Origin: Trueperaceae bacterium
GTDB taxonomy: Bacteria > Deinococcota > Deinococci > Deinococcales > Trueperaceae
NCBI GenBank assembly: GCA_965215565.1
Contig: CBDCDZ010000004.1
Span: 3,712,001 to 3,776,000 of the forward strand
Direction: 5' to 3'
Length of the DNA stretch: 64,000 bases
The translations under genes were made by a program, and so were the position numbers. Below are positions 58,406 through 64,000 of the stretch, piece after piece; the stretch's first letter is position 1, and every line of letters starts with the position of its first letter. The notes beneath the pieces were generated by a model that did not search any database, was not told where the DNA came from, and worked only from the letters and a program-made list of their open reading frames with translations.

Positions 58406-59959
58406 ATGAGTCAAGCTGCCCTCTTCTTGGTGGTGCTGAGCATCACCGGCATTTACAGCGTCCGCTGGACGATGCGCTTAGCGCCCCTTATGAGCGAACT
58501 GCCGCTCAAAACGGTCCTCGCCACCGCCCTCTGCGCGCTCGCCGCCGCGCTGTCGTTCACGACGAACGTCGCTTCGGTACTTATCGTCAGTGCGCTCATC
58601 ATAGGACCGCTCTTTATCCTAGCGCCTCTGCTGCTCACGAGTTTGGCAAGGGGGAGGCTCTACAACGCAGCCAAATCTATAACAAATCTGCTCTATTGGA
58701 CAGACGAAGGACGTATGGGCGTGCGGCGCTTGCTCGCGCAGGTCGCGTTGCAGCAAGCAGACGCGGACGCGGCGCTGGAGCTTCTACCGGAAAAAGGCGC
58801 GGACCTCTTGCGAATTCAAGCTTACGCGCTCGCTGAAAGGTGGCTCGAGCTTTTAGAGCTAGACGTGCCCGAGCGGGGCGACAACGCGGCGCTTGCGCGC
58901 GCAGGGAGAGCGCAAGCCTACTTAGCTCAGGAGCAGCGTAACGCCGCCGAAGCGGAGCTCACGAGGATGCGCCAAACCTGGGAGGACGAGGGGCAGGGTC
59001 CTATCGGCTACCGCAGCGTCAAGTTGACCCAGGCGCGGCTTCACGCCTATGACGGCAACCTGGAGGCGGCGCGGCGCGAACTGCAAGACCCGCTGCCGGG
59101 CGTGCCGCCCTACCGCATTTTAGACATCCTCGCGGACGCCGCCGAGAGAGGTCATAACGTGGACGCGGCGGTGCGCCTCTACGCGCAAGCCTACACGTAC
59201 GCGCCGCCGAGCCAGCGGGAGAGGTTCGAGCGGAAGCTCGAGCTGTACGGTCAGAGCGTCCCCGACGTGCCGAGCCCCACCTCTCGCCTGAGCGTCGCCA
59301 CCCTCTCACTCGCCGCTGCCATCATCGCGGCTTATATCGTGCAGGTTTGGATAGACCGCACCTACGGCGCGAACGCAGGGAGCCTCGTCGCAGGGTTTAT
59401 CCTCAACCAGCCGGGCATCCCCGAAAGTAACGCGCTATGGCGCTACCTCTCCTATGCGTTTGTCCACGGCGGTATCGTCCACATCGGTCTCAACACCTGG
59501 GTGCTCTACGACATCGGGCGGCTCTACGAGACGCGGCGGCACTGGGGAAGCTTACTCGCCGCCTTCGTTTTCGGCACGGTTATGGGTGCGTACCTCTCCG
59601 TCGTCGCAGAGGGGAGTGGGCCGCTCACGCTCGTCGGCGCGTCAGGCGGCGTGCTCGGCGTCGCGGGCGCACTCCTCGCGGACGTGTGGCGCAGCACCAG
59701 CCCTCAAGACAAGCTCCTTACCCGCTCGCTGTTGCAGTGGGTCGTCCTTATCGTCGTCTTTTCGCTCGCCATTCCCGGCGTGTCGCTGTGGGGGCATATC
59801 GGCGGGCTCGTGGGCGGGGCGCTCTGGGGCTTTATGCGTCAGGGTTCGCCCAAGACGAGGCAGTTCGATATCATCGCGGGCGGCGTGAGCGTCGGGCTCA
59901 TGATCTACGCGGTGACGGAGGCGGGGCTGTGGTTGGTGCGCTACGGACCGCAATTGTAA
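58406..59959 (+). CDS. Rhomboid protease with N-terminal TM and TPR-like region
   Basis: WRYLSYAFVHGGIVHIGLN, catalytic GASG and WGHIGG. Confidence 0.9.
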   Translation: MSQAALFLVVLSITGIYSVRWTMRLAPLMSELPLKTVLATALCALAAALSFTTNVASVLIVSALIIGPLFILAPLLLTSLARGRLYNAAKSITNLLYWTDEGRMGVRRLLAQVALQQADADAALELLPEKGADLLRIQAYALAERWLELLELDVPERGDNAALARAGRAQAYLAQEQRNAAEAELTRMRQTWEDEGQGPIGYRSVKLTQARLHAYDGNLEAARRELQDPLPGVPPYRILDILADAAERGHNVDAAVRLYAQAYTYAPPSQRERFERKLELYGQSVPDVPSPTSRLSVATLSLAAAIIAAYIVQVWIDRTYGANAGSLVAGFILNQPGIPESNALWRYLSYAFVHGGIVHIGLNTWVLYDIGRLYETRRHWGSLLAAFVFGTVMGAYLSVVAEGSGPLTLVGASGGVLGVAGALLADVWRSTSPQDKLLTRSLLQWVVLIVVFSLAIPGVSLWGHIGGLVGGALWGFMRQGSPKTRQFDIIAGGVSVGLMIYAVTEAGLWLVRYGPQL

Positions 59960-60092
59960 GCAATGAGTTAAAAGCAATCCAGTCGAGCTGGTTATGTAAT
60001 CTTGCGAAGCAAACGATTACGAAGTTTTCGCGGAGGCGAAACGGTGAGCAATGAGTGAAAACCTTTAGACTCATTGCTCGGTACTCATTGCT
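59959..60092. repeat. Family D nested inverted repeat
   Basis: AGCAATGAGTTAAAAGCA...TGAGCAATGAGTGAAAACCTTTAGACTCATTGCTCGGTACTCATTGCT. Confidence 0.8.
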
Positions 60093-60096
60093 GCTT

Positions 60097-61359
60097 CTAT
60101 CTCCTCATTACCTGCTTTTCCGCCCGCTTCCAATACGAGCTGAACGAACGTAAGGACGCTTCGACTCGAGCAAATGGTTCATCCTCCAAGGCAGATACAG
60201 GTAGGTCAGCGTTGAGCTTTTCGAACATTCGCCACGTACCCGGATGCCACGAGCCGGGCGCGGCGAGGCTTTCGCACCCTCTCTCTCGGGCGTACTCTCG
60301 CACCTCTTGAGCGCTCCCAAACATAAGCTCGGCCTCTCGCCCCTCGCCTCGCAACCTCTTCACAAGGTCCGCCGCCAAGCTCACCGCGAAGTGGAGCCGC
60401 ATGAAACTCGGCTGCTCGCGCTTGAACCGCTCGGCGTCCAGATAGACCAGAACGGGCGCGTCCACAACTTCTAAAACCCTCGCCCCAGCCGACAACCGCT
60501 CCGCGTGGAGGAGCACGAGTGGTCTCTCGCCCGCAGGTCTGAGCAGGTCGGGGTGAGGGACGCTCATAACAGTTTGCGGCTGCTCTTTCGGGCGCTTCTC
60601 AAAACCGCCTTTGCCGTAGCCGCTGAAAAACCGCTCGTCCAGCGCCTCATATGAGTCGTTAAAAGGCGCGTCCTCGCACGGCTCATGACCGTTTTGACGC
60701 ATATTTTCGCCGTTGAAATAGTAGGGTTTGCTAGAAAAGGTGGACGCTACCCACTGCCACGAGAGCGCGTTCGGTCCCGGCTCGCCGTCTACGAGGTAGC
60801 GGTAGAAGAGCCTTTCGCCGTGCCACCAATGGGCGTTCGCAAAGTGCGTGACATAAGCGGCGAACCACAAGCGCTGGTGGTTGTGCAGATAGCCCGTGTC
60901 TTTTAGCTCGTGGACGATGCGGTCGATGCACGAGAGCCCCGTTTCACCTCTTTCGATATCAGCGGGTAACTCGTCGCGTTTTTGCGTGGGATATTTGTAG
61001 GGCTCGAGCGACTCATACACCCTATCCCCCAGCGCCAAGAACCCCTCCCGAAAATACGCCTTCCAACCGAGTTCCGAGACAAACTTTTGATAGTCCTTAC
61101 CCTGCGAACGTCCCTTCGCGTGACGCTGCACCTCAGCCAGCGTGAAAACGCCCCAGGTGATATAGGGGTTTAAGCGGCTGACGTTGCCGTCAATGCTGTT
61201 GCGCGTTCGGTTGTAGCCTTTCGGATTAAAGCTATTTAACTGCTCTTTTGCGGCGGCCAAGGTTGGGGTGAAGAGGCTCGAGGTATGAACGTCACCGCTG
61301 TAGAAATCTCGGAGCGTTTCAGCGAGCTTATTTTGCGTTTCATCAACATTCAAAATCAT
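60097..61359 (-). CDS. Photolyase-family protein with inverted domain order
   Basis: N-terminal FAD domain (VSRLNPYITWG, TGYLHNHQRLWFA, LVDG, NALSWQWVA); C-terminal alpha/beta antenna-like domain; start ATG 61359. Confidence 0.85.
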   Translation of the reverse strand: MILNVDETQNKLAETLRDFYSGDVHTSSLFTPTLAAAKEQLNSFNPKGYNRTRNSIDGNVSRLNPYITWGVFTLAEVQRHAKGRSQGKDYQKFVSELGWKAYFREGFLALGDRVYESLEPYKYPTQKRDELPADIERGETGLSCIDRIVHELKDTGYLHNHQRLWFAAYVTHFANAHWWHGERLFYRYLVDGEPGPNALSWQWVASTFSSKPYYFNGENMRQNGHEPCEDAPFNDSYEALDERFFSGYGKGGFEKRPKEQPQTVMSVPHPDLLRPAGERPLVLLHAERLSAGARVLEVVDAPVLVYLDAERFKREQPSFMRLHFAVSLAADLVKRLRGEGREAELMFGSAQEVREYARERGCESLAAPGSWHPGTWRMFEKLNADLPVSALEDEPFARVEASLRSFSSYWKRAEKQVMRR

Positions 61360-61447
61360 GAGGTAACGTACCAGTACAAAAATATAGCGACAGCAAGAAG
61401 AGGTGCAATAACGTGAATATTGCAATTAACATAAGTACTGATTGGAA

Positions 61448-61620
61448 TAGCGCAAGTCTCAGCCGCAGGCTAGCGGGATTTCATTCTCAAATGTGCGTGC
61501 TGCTTACGCAGTTTTCGAAAAGCGAATTACGTAGTTTGCCGTTAGGCAACGGTGTTCTACATCGTGAGAGCGTTGCTCCGCAAAACTTACGTACACTCAA
61601 ACCAAATGATACTTGCTATA
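61448..61620 (-). repeat. Family A copy (reverse, strongly expanded)
   Basis: GTGCGTGCTGCTTACGCAGTTTTC (shared with the 18637 copy)...CTCAAACCAAATGATACTTGCTATA. Confidence 0.75.
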
Positions 61621-61641
61621 TTGCTCCAGCACCGTATTCAC

Positions 61642-61751
61642 GTGGGACCAGGTTTCGAACCCACCTCTACATCACGCCGCCTAAATCTAAAGATTAAAAC
61701 GTGCCACCCGGTAGGGGCGATTCATACAGTGATTCTTATGCGCGCCCCTAC
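61642..61751. repeat. Pair of GTAG-type REP-like palindromes (family C)
   Basis: GTGGGACCAGGTTTCGAACCCACCTCTAC (61642-61670) and GTAGGGGCG...CGCCCCTAC (61711-61751). Confidence 0.6.
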
Positions 61752-61765
61752 GTAACTCAAGCCCG

Positions 61766-62161
61766 CTAAGCGTCCCTCTTGCCCAAACTCACGAAGAGCA
61801 GCGCCCAGCCGATGAGTTGGAGCACGCCGCCGATCGGCGTGACCGCCCCGAGCCAGGAGATACCGCTCAAGACGAGAATATAGAGGCTCCCCGAAAAGAT
61901 GAGGCTGCCGATGAACATGAACATTGCGGCGCGTTGTCCCTTGACTGGCAGAGCGCCCACTACTAAAAGCGCGAGCGCGTGATACATCTGGTAGCGCACG
62001 CCCGTCTCGAAGGTGTCCAAACGTTCCGGCGTAACAATGCCTTCTAAACTGTGCGCCCCGAACGCGCCCAAGCCGACCCCGATAAAGGCCAAAATTGCGC
62101 CCAGTCGTGCGGGCTGAACCTTGAACCTACCTCTTGAGCGCTGCATCTCTCTACTTGCCAT
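61766..62161 (-). CDS. DUF423 (YgdD/TMEM256) membrane protein
   Basis: GAFGAH, ETGVRYQMYHALAL, FSGSLY, GAVTPIGG. Confidence 0.92.
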   Translation of the reverse strand: MASREMQRSRGRFKVQPARLGAILAFIGVGLGAFGAHSLEGIVTPERLDTFETGVRYQMYHALALLVVGALPVKGQRAAMFMFIGSLIFSGSLYILVLSGISWLGAVTPIGGVLQLIGWALLFVSLGKRDA

Positions 62162-62174
62162 AATGAAACCCCTT

Positions 62175-62882
62175 CTAAAGTGCGATAACCTCTTCTTTCG
62201 TCCTTTCAGGCGGCGTGCGCTCGCCTTTGAGAAGACCGTCCTCGAGGTCTAATACCACATCCACCTTTTCCACCAAGCGAGGGTCGTGCGTCACCACGAT
62301 GACGGTGCGCCCCTCCTCCGCAACCTCTCGCAAGGTCTGCAGCACGACTGCGCCGCTCTTCGAGTCCAAGTTGCCGGTGGGCTCGTCGGCAAAGACGACG
62401 GACGGGTTGTTAGCGAGCGCCCGCGCCACGCTGACCCGCTGCCGTTCACCGCCCGAAAGCTTATAGGGGAGATGGTTCGCCCGTTCAGCCAGCCCGAAGC
62501 GCTCCAGTAGGGACAGCGCCCTCGCCTTGCGCGTCGCCGCGTCCACACCTGCGAGCCCCATCGGAAAGGCGACGTTTTGTTGCGCGTTCAGAATAGCAAC
62601 CAAGTTGTACGACTGAAAGACGAAGCCGAACTCGCGCAGCCTGAGTTCTGAACGTCCATTCTCGTTCAAGCTGCTGACCTCTCGAGCGTTCAAAGTAACG
62701 CTACCACTGGACGGTACATCCAGTCCCGCCAAGAGGTTTAAGAGCGTGGACTTACCCGAGCCCGACGGTCCCATAATGGCGGTGACTTGGCCTGCTTGAA
62801 AGGCGTAGCTGAAGTTTGCCAAAGCGGTGACTTCGCCCGAGGGATCGTCATAAACTTTGCTGAGGTTAGCGGCGCTGAGCAC
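62175..62882 (-). CDS. ABC ATP-binding protein (LolD/MacB type)
   Basis: GPSGSGKST, GFVFQSYNL, LSGGERQR, ADEPTGNLD, VTHD. Confidence 0.92.
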   Translation of the reverse strand: MLSAANLSKVYDDPSGEVTALANFSYAFQAGQVTAIMGPSGSGKSTLLNLLAGLDVPSSGSVTLNAREVSSLNENGRSELRLREFGFVFQSYNLVAILNAQQNVAFPMGLAGVDAATRKARALSLLERFGLAERANHLPYKLSGGERQRVSVARALANNPSVVFADEPTGNLDSKSGAVVLQTLREVAEEGRTVIVVTHDPRLVEKVDVVLDLEDGLLKGERTPPERTKEEVIAL

Positions 62883-63059
62883 GTCTTAGAGCATATCGCG
62901 CCCCGCGCGAATCTTTTGCAAGCTGCCTTGCGCAAAGTTTCACATTCGTGAAAACTGCGCAATCGGAAGCTAAAGCCACCAGCTCGATTGGATTGCTGTT
63001 TTAGACTCGCGGACAGCCACCATGGTGCAGTCAGCCGCCCCCAACTTCATTCAGTCCTG

Positions 63060-63183
63060 GCAGTGGCTCTATCTGGAACGACAGGGGTGTCAAGCAAGGG
63101 GTGTCAAGCAAGGGGTGTCAACCCCTTGTTTATCGCGTGGAGACGGTAGAAGAAGCGCACAGGTATTCGACTCAAACCACTAC
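63060..63183 (+). repeat. Family B copy with tandem internal expansion; its end contains the pth stop codon
   Basis: AGTGGCTCTATCTGGAA, then AGGGGTGTCAA x3, CCCCTTG...TTCGACTCAAACCACTAC. Confidence 0.85.
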
Positions 63184-63830
63184 CCCGGACCTTTATCTTC
63201 ATCCAGGCTTTGGTCCGAAGTTCCGGCACTGTCAGCAACCTCTTCGGAAGGTGTCTCGGCTCGAGGGCGCAAGTCAAGACCGTTCGTGCGGTTCGTCGCT
63301 TTGTTCAAACCCTCACTCAGCATCAGCTCAACACTGTCGGCTGCTTGCCGAACCACCTCGTCTAAAAGCTCTCTCTCGTCCTCGCGGAAACGGCTCAAGA
63401 CCCAGTTTTCCACCTTCCAACCCTCGGGCGGACGGCTGATACCCACCTTGAGGCGGTGAAAATCCGCGCCGATTCGGTTTCTGATGTCCGCCACGCCGCG
63501 CTGACCGCCCGCGCCGCCCCCGGTCTTGAAGCGGAGGCGGCCTAGAGGCATGTCGAGGTCATCGTGAACGACGAGCACCTCTTCTGGTACGAGTCCCTGT
63601 TTTGTCATGGTGGACTGCACCGCGCTTCCCGAAGCGTTCATGAAGGTGAGCGGCTTGATGAGGCGGAGTGCGCCCCACCTCACCTCTTCGGCTTGCTTCC
63701 CCTTGCGAAAGGAGAGCGTGTACCGCTTGGCGAGTTCGTCCAGCACGAGAAACCCGGCGTTGTGCCGGGTGTCCCTGTAGCGCGGTCCGGGGTTGCCCAG
63801 ACCGACGATGAGTTTGATAGAAGGTGTCAT
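63180..63830 (-). CDS. pth: Peptidyl-tRNA hydrolase
   Basis: LIVGLGNPG, TRHNAGF, KPLTFMNASG, VVHDDLD, RLKVGI, VLSRF. Confidence 0.96.
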   Translation of the reverse strand: MTPSIKLIVGLGNPGPRYRDTRHNAGFLVLDELAKRYTLSFRKGKQAEEVRWGALRLIKPLTFMNASGSAVQSTMTKQGLVPEEVLVVHDDLDMPLGRLRFKTGGGAGGQRGVADIRNRIGADFHRLKVGISRPPEGWKVENWVLSRFREDERELLDEVVRQAADSVELMLSEGLNKATNRTNGLDLRPRAETPSEEVADSAGTSDQSLDEDKGPG

Positions 63831-64000
63831 AATTTACCGAACGACGCAGCTATTGTCTCTTTACGTGTACGCTCGTCAATACTTTGTTTGCTGAGCGCGT
63901 TACTTCGCATGACTGCGTCGTGACAAGCTCCGAGCGAAGTGAGATAGACTTTAATACCTGCTTTATTCGGCGGACGTATCCTCTTCTGAACCCTCTTCGA

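Noticed and set aside
61630..61680. tRNA-like GGTTTCGAACCC segment
   Set aside because: No cloverleaf can be built; it matches the REP-like family C hairpin.
62175..62882. Calling the ABC ATPase ftsE
   Set aside because: Its motifs (GFVFQSYNL, NVAFPM) are LolD/MacB-like and it is not adjacent to ftsX.
1..64000. rRNA, tRNA, CRISPR-Cas, prophage or integron
   Set aside because: No such genes, regular repeat-spacer arrays, integrase or phage structural genes were recognised by manual reading.

Overview
GC-rich bacterial chromosome segment, most likely Deinococcota and Truepera-like. This is an inference from gene content (hisZ with short hisG, bshB1, a Rad52/DdrA-like gene, a desiccation-related ferritin-like gene) and from many apparently leaderless genes. 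The first 1598 bp are one end of a Tn7-like transposon: partial tnsB, a frameshifted tnsA, four TnsB-type binding repeats and a terminal TGT. It is inserted inside comEC, 27 bp after the conserved DVGQGD motif, which suggests a possible comEC attachment site. The rest is mostly housekeeping and stress genes (comEA, sodA, rlmD-like, udk/pyrG, aldehyde dehydrogenase, hisZG, amidase, guaD, ftsX/envC-like, bshB1, plsY, pth). Accessory items are an Lnu-like nucleotidyltransferase, a two-module internalin-like LRR lipoprotein, a PadR with two variable-ectodomain permease-prefix proteins and a 45-bp operator palindrome, an MNT-HEPN toxin-antitoxin pair, and a domain-inverted photolyase. Intergenic DNA holds at least four families of dispersed palindromic repeats (MITE/REP-like), and CTCGAG is strongly over-represented. 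I found no rRNA, tRNA or CRISPR array. All calls come from manual reading; no searches were run.
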